A stretch of DNA of 64,000 bases from Azolla caroliniana (taxonomy: Eukaryota; Plantae; Polypodiophyta): NCBI GenBank assembly GCA_043228905.1, contig JBHGNT010000006.1:10850001-10914000 (forward strand), in the 5' to 3' direction. The notes beneath the pieces are model-generated. The model made no database searches. It was not told where the DNA came from and was given only the letters and a program-made list of their open reading frames with translations. Numbering within the stretch: the stretch's first letter is position 1; each line of letters opens with the position of its first letter. Position numbers and translations under genes: made by a program. Of this stretch, positions 38,674 to 50,449 are shown in pieces.

Positions 38674-41600
38674 TGAATCTGTTTCCAGTCTGGGTTCCAT
38701 CATCATTGAGCGGGGAATCGGTGTATTGTCCTTCTCCGGACCCAATCCTTCCCCTTGCTGCTCACTGTTGCGCTTCCGTGGGCATCGCTGGAGGGTTTCA
38801 GCTAGTTCCTCTTCCACAGTTTCCTGGTTTACCCTGTGTACCAATTCCTCTTGGTCTCTTTCATGCCATCGTAGCTTTATCTTGATTGGTTTCGCCATCT
38901 TTTCTAGAACTTTCTCCACTGGCTCCTACCTTCGGTTCGCCGACGCTTCTTCGTCCCGCCGAGACAAGTCTCATGTTGTCCATCCGAGGGGGTGTTTTGC
39001 TAGGAGATGTTGCCGTTTGGAGGACTTGTTAGGTGTGATTTCTGGCCGGGCTCGCTTCTTTGGCTTGATGGTGCGTGTTGGGGGTACCGATAGTGTTAAC
39101 CACTGTACTAATCCGCCCCATGCTTTCTTCCCATTCATTACAGACGTTATTCCCACCCGTAACGAGTCGGCCACAATCACCAGCCAGTTCACCTTGAGCC
39201 CTTCGAACGTTGTAATGATGAATCCGGCCATGTTCTTCGGCATGGCGGGTGGTGGAGGGTGCACAAATCCATACCCTAATAAGACACGAGCTATTTCCTA
39301 GAACATGGGATTTCTGTCGCCCTATGTCCGGTAAGCTTTGCTTGCTATGGAGTACTCCCCAAAGTATCAGTCAAGATTTCTGTGAAGGGGTTTTCAATGG
39401 AGCACAAGCCTCCAACAAGTAACCCGATGAGAACCTGCATTGTGCCTTCGAAGATCTCATCGAGGTCGATCATTGTTGCGACCTTCTCTGGTTCCTCGTG
39501 TGGTGGGGCATCAGCTACCTGAATGAATCTTTCAAGGTCGTTCTTGTTGAGTCAATCTCTGGTGGCGGTCGAAAGTGCCATCGGTTCTGTAAACTCTTCG
39601 TTGTTGCGGGTGGGTGCTTGTGCTCTGTTGATGGCTTGTGCTTGTCCGGAACCTTGCATGCTCTATTGTGCTCTCAAGATCTTGTACTCGCGATATGAAA
39701 CTCCTTCAGCCGTCCTGAAGTTTTGTGCCCCCATATTCCCAGCCGCCACATATTCTTCTTGATTCTCACGCATGCACATCGTGTACCATAATAGTAACTT
39801 ATGGCGCGTGGTGCGCTAAAAATAGCTGATGACACACTTTTTCATTGTAACCATTTAAAATCTCGAATGATATCTCCCTGCATGCCACTTTTCATCATAT
39901 CCCTTTTTTCTTTTTTTTCTTTTTTTCCTTTTTTTTCTTTGTTTTCTTTTTTTTCTTCACATGCAACTTTTCATCATATCATTTTGTTCTTGGCCTCTAC
40001 ATGATATCTTTTTTCTTTTTTTTAATAATGCACGGCATAAGGTACCACACCGTACCAAGCGTCGTTAGGTCTCTGTTGTACCCGGTTGTACCAGCTCCGT
40101 TGTCGTCGGACGTTCCCCGGCTACCGCTTCTCCTCCGGTTTCCTATCGTTCCTCTGGTTCCTTAAACGGGTTCTCCGGCATCAGTCCTTTGTACGGCTTC
40201 AGACGGTACCCATTGACCCATTTGTCTACTACCGAGCCGGCTAGCGTTCCTAGTTGGTAAGACCCTTTGAACTCCCTTGTAATCTAGAACGGTCCAGTCC
40301 ATCGGAACCGCAGCTTCCCCGACATACTACCCATCTAGGATGGAATACCAATACCGGCTTGCCTATGCCAAAGTCCTTCTCATTGCCTTTCCTATGCCGA
40401 TCCACAAAAGCTTTCCGTCTTCGTTTTTCAAGCTCTAATTGCAACACACTAGTTATCCGGTGTTCCTCTAATTCACATAATGTTGCCAACCAGATTATTT
40501 TGGATTCCTTCTCGCTCAATCGCTCCCAGACCTGAATCTGTAAATTGGGGATCTGAAACTCCATGGGCATTCCCACCTCTAGTCTGAATGCCAACCAGAA
40601 CGGTGTTGTCCAGATACTCATTTTATATGTCGTCCTATACGCCCATAACATGTTGTGTAGTTTGGTGTCCCAATCCGTCTGGTTCTCATTTACAATCTTC
40701 CAGAGGATGTTTTGGAGTGTCTTATTTGTTGACTCCGTCAATCCGTTCCCTGGCAGGTAGTATGGCATGTTGCATTTATGCACTATTGCATAGAAGGAAG
40801 TTAGGCTTTCCACCACGTGGCCAAGGAAATGTCCTCCCTAGTCGCTAATTAGCTCGATCGGGCACCTGTATCGGCACCATATGTACTCGTATAGAAACTT
40901 AGTTGTTGATGTCGCGGTGTTGTCCTGGATCGCTTTTGCTTCCACCTATTTTGTACAATAGTTGGCGGCCACTATGATATACCGGTTCCCTGTACGCATT
41001 GTCGGTGGTGTAAATGATCCCACAAAGTCTAACCCCCACTTTTGGAAAGGTTGCAATGGCAACATTGGTTGATGGGGCATCCGAGTCTGCTCCATTGGTT
41101 GTCCCAATCGCTTGCATAGATCGCACTCTTTACAATGTCGAACCACATCCTTGAGGGTTGTCGACCACCATAACTCCGCCAAATTTTCCGGGTGGTGGCG
41201 TCTCCGGCATAATGCCCACCAGCAACGCTGCAGTGCGCCTCTCATAAGATTGTTTCTTTCTCATCACTCCACATCGTGCGCTGCCAGATGTCGACGAATC
41301 CCTTATGGAACAACGTATCCTGCACCAAACAAAAGTGTTAACTTTGGACCGCAAGGCGTTTCTGTTCATCCCGGATGAGTTCTTCCGGAGGTAATCCGGT
41401 ATTCATGAACTGGTGCATGTTGGTGAGCCACTTATCTTCTCCGGCCACTGCCTCATCTACAGTCATCTCCGTGGTAACCTTGAATAGCTCGGCATCGGGA
41501 AATTCATCTTGGACTCCATCCCCTGCTTCGCCGGATTCTAGCCAACTCAAGTAGCGGCTACCGCATGTTGTACTCTCGGTCGGTGGTAGATCTCAAATTC

Positions 41601-43069
41601 GAACTCCTGTAGTAGTAGTGTCCATCTCGCGTGCTTACCAAGTTAATGACACCTTGGATACCAAATAGATTAGTGCCGAGTGGTCAACATGGAATGAAAA
41701 CTTGCACCCTAACATATAATGGAGGTACTTTGTGACGTTATATACCATCCCCAGAGCTTCTCTTTCTATTGTGGAGTAATTCCGTTCAGCTTTTGAGAGT
41801 TTCTGGCTCACGTAATATAACAGGCGGTACCACTTTGGTTCGGTAAGTTGCATGAGGACTCTCCCGATTGCTATGTCTGACGCATCAACGAACACATGAA
41901 AATCTTTTGTCCAATCGGGAGGTTGCACCACCGGAGTTTGTGACAACATCACTTTTAGCGCTTGATACGCCTTCTCTTCTTGCTCCGTCCATTAAAAGGG
42001 TACGTGGTGCACGACTGCATGCAATGGAGTTGCGAATTCTGTTAGGTATCGGAGCATCCGACTGTGCCACTAGATCTGTCCTAAGAACCAGCTCAATGCT
42101 TTGGCGTTGGTTGGCGTTGGTGCTTGCAAGATTGCTTTTACCTTGTCCGGGTCTACAGCAATTCCGTCCTTACTGACGATGTGTTCGAGTAGTGCCCCGC
42201 TTGTTACCCCGAAAACACATTTTGCCGAACTGAGGCTTAGTCGAGATACTCGACACTTTTCCAAACACATCCAGAGATGGTTCAGATGATCTTCTTGTCA
42301 GCTATAGACTGCAAAATCATCCATAAATACTTGCATAAACATTGGGATGTATTCTCTGAATATCTCCATTATGATTCACTTAAACGTCGTCGGTGTTGTT
42401 TTCAATCCAAATATCATGACCACTACGACGAACACTCCCCACTCCATGACGAATGTCGTCTTGTTCTGGTCCGCCGGGCGCATCCGAATTTGATTGTATC
42501 CGCTGAATCTATCCAAGAAATTGTACACTTTGTGACGAACAACCACATCTAATACCCTATCTGTGAATGGTAGCGGAAAAGCGTTAATCATCGTGGTCGT
42601 ATTCAGCTTCCGGTAGTCAACACAAAACCAGATTTTTCCATTCTTTTTTTGTATGACAACTATCGAGCTCAACCACATCACTTGTTTTACCATTCGGATA
42701 AAGCCAACTCTTAGCAGCTTATCAATTTCTTCCTTTACTTTTCCTGCGTAATTTGGGTTCATTCAGTAACGTCGTTGCGCTATTGGCTTTGCATCCTTAC
42801 CCAGATGAATCTGATGTTGGTACAGCTAGGGGTCCAAGCCTCGCATATCTTTGTACGCACATGCAAAAACATCCCGGAATTCTTTGAGTAGCTCCACCAT
42901 TGCCATTTTCTATTCCGGTGGCATCTCCTTTGCCACATTTACAGGTCTCGGTGCTTCCCATGTCCCGAGGTTGGCTTCTTCCAGCTTCGATGCCTTTACT
43001 CTTTGGGATATTGCCATTTCTTGTTATTCCTGGGCCGGACTAGCCACTAACACAGGGTGTCCTTCCGGA

Positions 43070-43398
43070 TCACTTCACCAAAGGGGTGGTTGCGGTAAGG
43101 ATTTCCGACTCCAATAGGCTTCAACCAATTAATGTTCGGTGGAGATCCAATTTACAAAACACAGTGTTACACGCGTAAGATCAATACATTAAACACAGGA
43201 CGGAATAAAGATCAAATAAACAATAATCACGCTCCTATATTAATGTTTCGTCGTCTAAATACATCGATACCCGGATCCTTTTATAGGCATCCGGTTCTGT
43301 GCTACAAAACAGTGCCTAACCGGCAACCGGATCCGGATTGGCATACTTATTCCGGATCCGTCCGTTCTTATAACTAATATTATTATTATATATCCGGA
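43070..43398. mobile_element. 329-bp captured fragment of a type-B LTR plus leader, inside pol
   Basis: Bounded by the direct repeat TCCGGA (43064-43069, 43393-43398). Removing it restores the frame GVSWFP-EGHPVLVASPAQE. Confidence 0.75.
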
Positions 43399-43870
43399 AA
43401 CCAGCTCACCCCTTCCTCATTACATACTTGGCCGCCAACGGCCAACATTTCCCTCTCCAATGAATCTTGTGCCTGCCGCAGTTCCCGGACTACCTCCCGA
43501 TCCGGCTCATCCAAGTGCGTGATGTACAGCGTGACGGCTTCGGCTACATCTACTTCAAATAACGGCACAATCTTGGGGTGTTCCTCTAGATATCAGTTGA
43601 CTTCGTCATCTGACAATCCATTCAGCATGTTAATACTCTCTGCGTACAGTGGCATTAGTTGCTTAGTTATACCAACCTGTTGTTGTGTCGACACCCGCAC
43701 CTTAGTTTTCCCTCATCGGAAGGTAATCACGTTCTTCTGCCAGTTTTGCTTAATATGCGTCGTTCGCAACCATGGTCGTCCTAATAGTAGGGGGTACCAC
43801 TGCGAAGATTCGGAACGCATACCCTCTGATTGTAATTTCGAGGTCCCGGATGAGTCTGGTTGGTCGGACC

Positions 43871-43898
43871 GGTTTAGGGTTTAGGGTTTAGGGTTTAG
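43871..43898 (+). repeat. Interstitial plant telomeric repeat (GGTTTAG)4
   Basis: Four perfect 7-mers at the gag/protease junction. Confidence 0.92.
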
Positions 43899-45740
43899 AT
43901 ATTGCTTGATTCCCCTTTTTCTGTGCTACGAGGCAGGGTATCGGGATTCATCCGGTTGGTATCTTCCAACCTCTGTTGCTCTAGTTGTGGGATGGCCGTG
44001 TTTGGATCCAGCTCTCAACGGTATATTCTCGAGCTTGTTCACAATGCTCATCTCGGCGAAAATTCCCACTACGGTTCTGATTGCGTCGGTGATTGCAGTA
44101 CCCCTAGTGTTCCAAGTTTCGTGTGTCCTCGTCTAGGTAGGCTCATCGTTCCAGGTACCTTCTATCATCCCTTTGCCGGTCATAATCCAAGGAGTAATCG
44201 CGCTCGTAACGATCCCAATCGTAGGCGTCTCTTCGTCTATCCTCATACCGGTCACCACGTTCCGGTCGGTAACATTCATCCCGCTGGATCCGTTCCTCAT
44301 CTTGTCGTTGCTCACTTCGGGGCTCAATATGTCGGTCCAGTGCCACTTGCCGATTTAACAAATTTTACTCACACCAGTCTATAGTGTGTGACCGGGAGTG
44401 GCATAGTATACATTGAGTCCACATTGTGCATTCTAATGTGGAATGTCTGAGGTTGAGGTATGTGGTGCATTGCATTGCCCGGTAGAATCGCAGATCCTCC
44501 TCTTTAGGAAGTGCTCATTGGAGAGTCCCCATCGACATGTAATTACTGTTCTTATCTATTTCCAATACCCGGTTGATAACTTGATCGATAGTGTTGGTCT
44601 GGAAATCCAGCATTGTTAGCATTGTCCGGGGAGGCTCCCGAAGTGCGACCAAAAATATTGTTTTCACCTCATCCTCCGGGGGTGCTCTGGAGAATTCACA
44701 TACAAAAAAATATATTTGGCTTCCTCTTCCCCATTCAGGTACATCATGATACCGATTAGTTTATTAGCAATTTCATGTCCAGTGTTTGGAAGCGAATGAT
44801 GAAGTATGGAACCATATCATTAGGTTCTTGATAGGTCGTGTAAAATTGTCCAACCAGCTCCCTCTGTTCAACTTGTTGGTGAAATAGTCACAATTTTTTT
44901 TCCTTTAGGGCATCAAACGTAGCAAAGCTACCGGGAAGATGCTTTGCATGCCACGTCACTGCTGGTCCTTCCAAGGTCATTCCGAACTCCGCGATTTTTG
45001 AACACTCGACCTCTGCTTCTATCAATTGTTGCGAGACATGGTTAGCTTCCCATGTCTGTAAGAAGGCATAGACATGTGCCTTTGCATCTGGGTCATCCCG
45101 ATATTTCGGGTATGGTACGACATGATGTTGTCATCTAAAGGTTGTTTCGGGGGTGGTGTCGGTACTTGATCATTCGTTTTCTCCGATTGCCGGTTCGGTG
45201 GTGGCATCAATACGCGCTCGTTCTTTTCTTCCGATTGTTGGTTTGGTGGTGGTGTTGGTACTCAATTGTTCGTCCTCTCACTTTGTTGGTCCTGATTCCT
45301 CTCGTTTCCAACGGTATTGGTGTCGTTTCCGATACTGGTGTCGGCGAGTGCTCCGAATTGTCGTCCTCTTGTTCATTCAGAGTGTCGTGACTACTTAGGT
45401 AGTTTGAAAGGACGTTGTGTTCGTCGTCCCGACTCTGACTCAAATGCGGAAAATGCTTTCGAGTCCCCGTCGCCAATGGTTAGGGTTTGTAGTATCAATT
45501 ATGTGTCACGCTGACTGTTGCCTTCGTTTGAATGTTGTTGGTTTTGCAACCGAACTGTCTCCTCTACGACCTACCGAATCTCTCTGGGAAAAGACCGATC
45601 CTGTCAGATCTCCTCGACCACCTGCCGGTAGGCCTTCCGCCTCCGCAGTCTCTCGACTAGTCTTCTCGCTCATTCGGTGACTAGGTCGTTCGTCGGTCTA
45701 GTCATCCATTCCCCGTCATTCGTTGCACCTTGTAGGAATC

Positions 45741-45750
45741 GTGGTCGCCA
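45741..45750 (-). other. 5' primer-binding site (tRNA-Arg) of the Gypsy element
   Basis: TGGCGACCAC, 6 nt from the 5' LTR; complementary to the ..GUGGUCGCCA end of plant tRNA-Arg(UCG) as I recall it. Confidence 0.8.
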
Positions 45751-48615
45751 AAATAATGTTTATGGTTTTAGGGTTAGGGTTGATAATAATGATGAAGATA
45801 GAAATAGGGTTAATGATGATTATGATAATGAATGTTGATAGTGATGGAGATGATGAGGATTGTGGAATTGATGGGCAAAGATGTTGATGTGCATTGAGAA
45901 GCATTGCTGGGTGGGGGGTGGTGCCTAGAATGGCTCCAACCCCCTCCCAAGGGGGTTCAACGTAAGGGAAAAGAGATGAAAAGAGAGAGAGAGATTGAGA
46001 GATAAATCTTCCTTGTTCATTCATTCCCCACAGAGGGGTTAAATAGTTACAAGAAGGGGTAGATACATAGGGCTGCAAGCCCCCTTGGCCATTCACACTA
46101 ATCACTCACTCACACCTGCTCGTATCTGTCCAAATGCACACGCGTGTGCATGTGTTCATATACGTATGTACACACACTCACAATTACACTTATGCACATT
46201 TACATATACACAACAACAACATTAAGCCTTTCACCCTCACTCATCACACTTATAAATCTCTCGTACATTTCGTACAGTAACAATCGCCTACTAATGCACA
46301 TAAATTTGCAGACTCCAACTCCAATCACAATTATCTAAATACTTATTAAAAACTAACAAATTTAAACACATCTTCAAGTACTTGAGCTATAAACTCGGTG
46401 TACTATCCTCTCCTGTTCAAGTCTCCGATGGTCCTTCTCAATTTTCACATGCAAGAGATGGTAATAGCACCCGATGACAATGGAGGTGGTGATGGATGGT
46501 TGCCACAGTTGTTGCAACCATGGCAACGACAACATAGATGACTACTATTATGAGCAAGAGAGGACGATGTCGTGATGTGGGGAGCACATAGGAGGAAATA
46601 AGTTAAACTACAAAGATTAAGAAGGTTGAATGATAAAGCTAAGGTGTAGTATGAAGGACAAGTAATGTGTTACATTTAAAACAATAAAAAAGTCTTAGCT
46701 CAATTGCTAAGAGTTTGTAATATGAGTGAGGGGGAAAATAGGGTGTGTAATTGCGGGAAAAAAAGCATGGCATGTGCTAAAATTAAAAAGCACCTACTTT
46801 TTTATTTGGGAAGAAAGCCTCTTTCATCTTATAAAATGGTGAAGAGAACTCATTATTCAGTGGGAAGAAAGAGAGACACATGGAAGCTCTATGGTAGTAA
46901 TTTTTTAGAAATAAATCATAAACTGAGAACCCTAAATTTCATGAAGAAGAAGTAAATAAAACCCTAAAACAACAAATATGTTGTGGAGAAGATGATGAAG
47001 AAGAAAATAATTAGAGAAGAATTGTTCACGAATGAATCTTAAGGGGGAGATCCTCGAGTTTCGGTGCAACATCCCAGCGTTCAACGACCTTGTCGTCTCT
47101 TGTTGATGTTGGTCTTACATGCCCTCTTGATTCACTACCCTAACTTCTTTGCTTCTAAATCTGGACTATCAAGCCATCCCTTCAAGGACAATGACAAAAT
47201 TTGTGTTTTGGGATTCTAATTACATACATGAGAAGAAGTTACACAAATAACGTTCTTGACTCCCTTATTTCGACCCATGGACCCTACATTCATCACAAGG
47301 GCCTTCACTTGGACCTAGGGACTCCATAATTTTTAGGTCAGTTGTTCTGAACTAGGAACCCCAAATCATCCCTAGACCCTATGGACATAGGAGAGCATCC
47401 CCTCAAATTCATCCCTAGGTCCTTCCTACAAACTTAAGACCTTTCCCATTCCGCCCTAGCTAGGGTAGAACATTAAATCGATCCTAACTATGGTTGGATT
47501 GGCTTTTGAGGGGGCTGGGAAGAAAGAAGAAGAAAAGTGATTCTTTGCTACTTGTTGAGGAGCAATAGAGACAAAGAAAGAAGAAGAAAGAACACCCACA
47601 AGTTGTCTCTCCCCCCTCCTCCGCCCCCCCAAAAAGGAAACTATATATGCCCAACAAAATATGTTCCCAAAATAGCCTTCATTTTCAACAAAATAAGCAA
47701 ACTCATAATATATATATATATAAGAACCTATAGTATTCCCCCTCCCCTAAAATTAAACATGCAAATAATACACACGTATTTGCCATTCACACCCACTCAA
47801 ACACACATAAACATAAGCAATCACACACAACCCATACACAATTACATGTAACCACCGTTATATATGCACAAATACACACATAAAAAACAAATAACCACTG
47901 TCCACACATTCACACCCACAAACACCCCTTCACATTCACAGTTCTCTTCGGGCACACGTATACATGAGAGCATAGATCAATAAACACTCATATACACTCA
48001 TAGATCAATAAACAAAATTGGTGATATACTCATACACATACAACTATAATTACATTCACATACATATATCATATATGTATACTACACATAGAGGGACCTG
48101 CTCCATTAAATTTTCTTGCACACAAAGGACACCCCTACATTTGCACCCACGCAATTCAAGAGAGGAATGTTTGATTGTGTGCCAACACATACACAAAATC
48201 CCACGATCATTCATCAACAACACTATCATGAAAGCCATCTTCATTGGTGGACCTCCTTTAGTGAAAAAGAAAGTTAGACAATGGTAGACTTATCAAACAT
48301 ATAGCAATACCCTCTCTTCCAACTACTTGTCAATGTGCCCAACCTCCATAGCCCCCCTTATACAATGAAAGTCATTGGTTCAAATCTAATAGTAGGTAAG
48401 TGGAGAATGAACTAATAACATGGAGGAATCAAGCCGAGAAGAAACATGCGGTGTCACATAAAACAAGAGTGGATAGTCGTTCTAACGGAATACCATGAGA
48501 TTAAGAATATCGTCGTTGACCTAAAAGGGATGGATGATTATGCGCAGATTGAGGTGGGGGCAGAAGGTTATGAACCAAATTCTTGTGGGATGGATGGGCT
48601 ACGCTACGGGCACAG

Positions 48616-48704
48616 AGGGGGGGGGGGGGGGGGGTAAGGGAGCATGTGGCGAGGAAGTGTAGGAGAGGAGCTGCTCTCTCACGACACGACACGACACGAC
48701 ACGA

Positions 48705-48747
<43 letters not shown>

Positions 48748-48817
48748 AGGGAAAGGGCACTAGTGAAGTCGAAATGCATAGGGGAGAAGAATTTCAACAA
48801 AAGAAAATGGCCCCCCA

Positions 48818-48861
<44 letters not shown>

Positions 48862-49412
48862 ACCATATGACCCACATGACACCCCCCCACCAAAAGAACA
48901 GAGAGAGAACAGAGTCGAAGAATTGGAGTCCTCAAACATTTGACAAGAACAAGAAGAAGCTCAGCACAGCACGCAATCAGCAGGCAGCAGCAGCAAAAGG
49001 CATCTCCCAATTTGCTACTACCTCTATTCTTCCTTCAATCACACACACATACAGAGCAGAGAGATCATGTAGAAGGAAGGAAGGAAGAGGAAGAAGAAGA
49101 AGAAGAAGAAGAACAGGAACCCGTTGTAATGAGGGGCAGCATCACTGGCCTCCGATCGCCCTCCTTTCATGTGATCTGAGTGTGACTCTGTCTTCCTCAC
49201 TCAGATCTCCATTGTTTAAGCAAAACCCGCTCTCGCATGACTGCGTGCACACACACACACACACACACAGAGCTTTGGATCTGCTGGTCGATCTTCCATG
49301 TTGATCTTTTTTCTTTCTGCTTCATCTTCTTTAGTATTCAGAGATTGCTTGCTGCCAGATTCTAGCTAGCCCTTGCGGTTCAAGCCTCCTCCATCTATTT
49401 GGCTTCAAAAAG
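48616..49412 (+). promoter_or_regulatory. Probable FAB1 promoter and first non-coding exon with poly-G, (CA)n, (GA)n and (GAA)n tracts
   Basis: Microsatellite-rich region ending in the donor AAG|GTATGC at 49412/49413; candidate acceptor TTCCAG at 50247. Confidence 0.5.
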
Positions 49413-50449
49413 GTATGCTAATTCTTTTCTCAACATGTTTCGGCTTGCTTAGCTATGGCGTGCATTTGGAAAGCAGATGAAATAACCCATTCTTCTCTTC
49501 TGCATCTTTGGGAGCTGACGCCACAGAAATCATGCTGGATGTATCATTCGTTGCCATAGGATCATATGTATTTGCAGTCAAAACTTGTTTGATGCATCGT
49601 TTTTGGCCATAGAATCATGTTTATTTGTCATGAGAGCTTGTTCAACGCATCCTTTGTTGCCATAGAATCATGTGAACTTGCCATGAAAGCTTCCTTGATT
49701 CATCATTTGTTATAATAGAAGCATGCTGATTAGCCATGTAAGCTTCTTTGTTTCATCATCTGTTGACATAGACGCATGTTAATTTGCCATGTGCTGGTTT
49801 GTTGTCATAGAAGGTTGTTTGATGCATTGTATGTTACCTTGTCCTAGCTGAATCTTTATTTTTCATGAAAGCTTGTTTGATATTGTAGAAGGATGCTCGA
49901 TGCACCATTTGGTGTCATAAAATTCTGTTTTGATGCATCATTTGTTGTCTTATAAGTCTATTTCATGCTTCAATTGTTGACATGAAATCCTGTTAGACGC
50001 ATCATTTGTTGCCATAGAAACTTATTTCAATGCTGTAGAAAGTGTTTGACACATCACAGGTTTCCATAAGAATCCTGTTTGATGCATCATTTGCATGCAA
50101 TAAAATCATGTTTTTAATGCATCATTTGTTGTCCATAAATATGCCCTCTCTTTTGGAAATGATTTCTCTAATTACTGTATCCCTGAAGTTGCCAAGGTTA
50201 AAACTTCTAAAAATATATATATATATTCCCTATTGATGCTGTTCCAGGGATATCTGTTGATCTCGCCATACAAAGCAATGTAAGAGAACACTGTTGAAAT
50301 AATCAGATCTCTCTATTCATTATCACTACTGTAAGAAAGATATCTGCAGCCACTGAAAATTTAGTAAGAAAGGAAAACATTGAGCATTTACTGAAAGGTA
50401 AAATTTTACCCTGGGCAGCATTTGAATGTCAACATGCTGGCTTCAATAC

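Larger units (their letters stand above)
31130..39770 (-). pseudogene. Degenerate extra (post-pol) ORF of the Gypsy element, split by Copia-E: N-terminal globular region, long coiled coil, Q/NH-rich tail
   Basis: ORF pieces 38971-39264, 38668-38919, 32786-32955, 32363-32551, 31815-32000, 31467-31754 and 31002-31409. The frame rejoins across the TGAAT TSD (..LETDS|ANISDAV..). Confidence 0.65.
40140..45480 (-). pseudogene. Degenerate Gypsy gag-pol
   Basis: gag with tandem zinc knuckles at ~44380-44475, partial protease (YPLLLGRPW, ~43770-43797), RT (CVDYRKLN, FSGYNQI) 42070-43050, RNase H (VFVDASD, NYSTIERE) 41550-41952, integrase (PFQKWGLDFVG) 40140-41370. Confidence 0.9.
29227..46282 (-). 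mobile_element. Non-chromoviral Ty3/Gypsy LTR retrotransposon (Athila/Phygy/Selgy-like; no chromodomain and no additional RNase H seen)
   Basis: LTRs 29227-29734 and 45757-46282, TSD ATCCC/ATCGC (4 of 5 match), PBS TGGCGACCAC at 45741-45750 (-). Domain order gag-PR-RT-RH-INT on the minus strand, with an extra 3' ORF. Confidence 0.88.

Noticed and set aside
46290-48600. Possible gene or TE remnant upstream of FAB1
   Set aside because: Only short ORFs, with no termini, TSD or motifs I can recognise.
48501-49304. ORFs of 169 and 176 aa
   Set aside because: Translations of CA, GA and GAA microsatellites.
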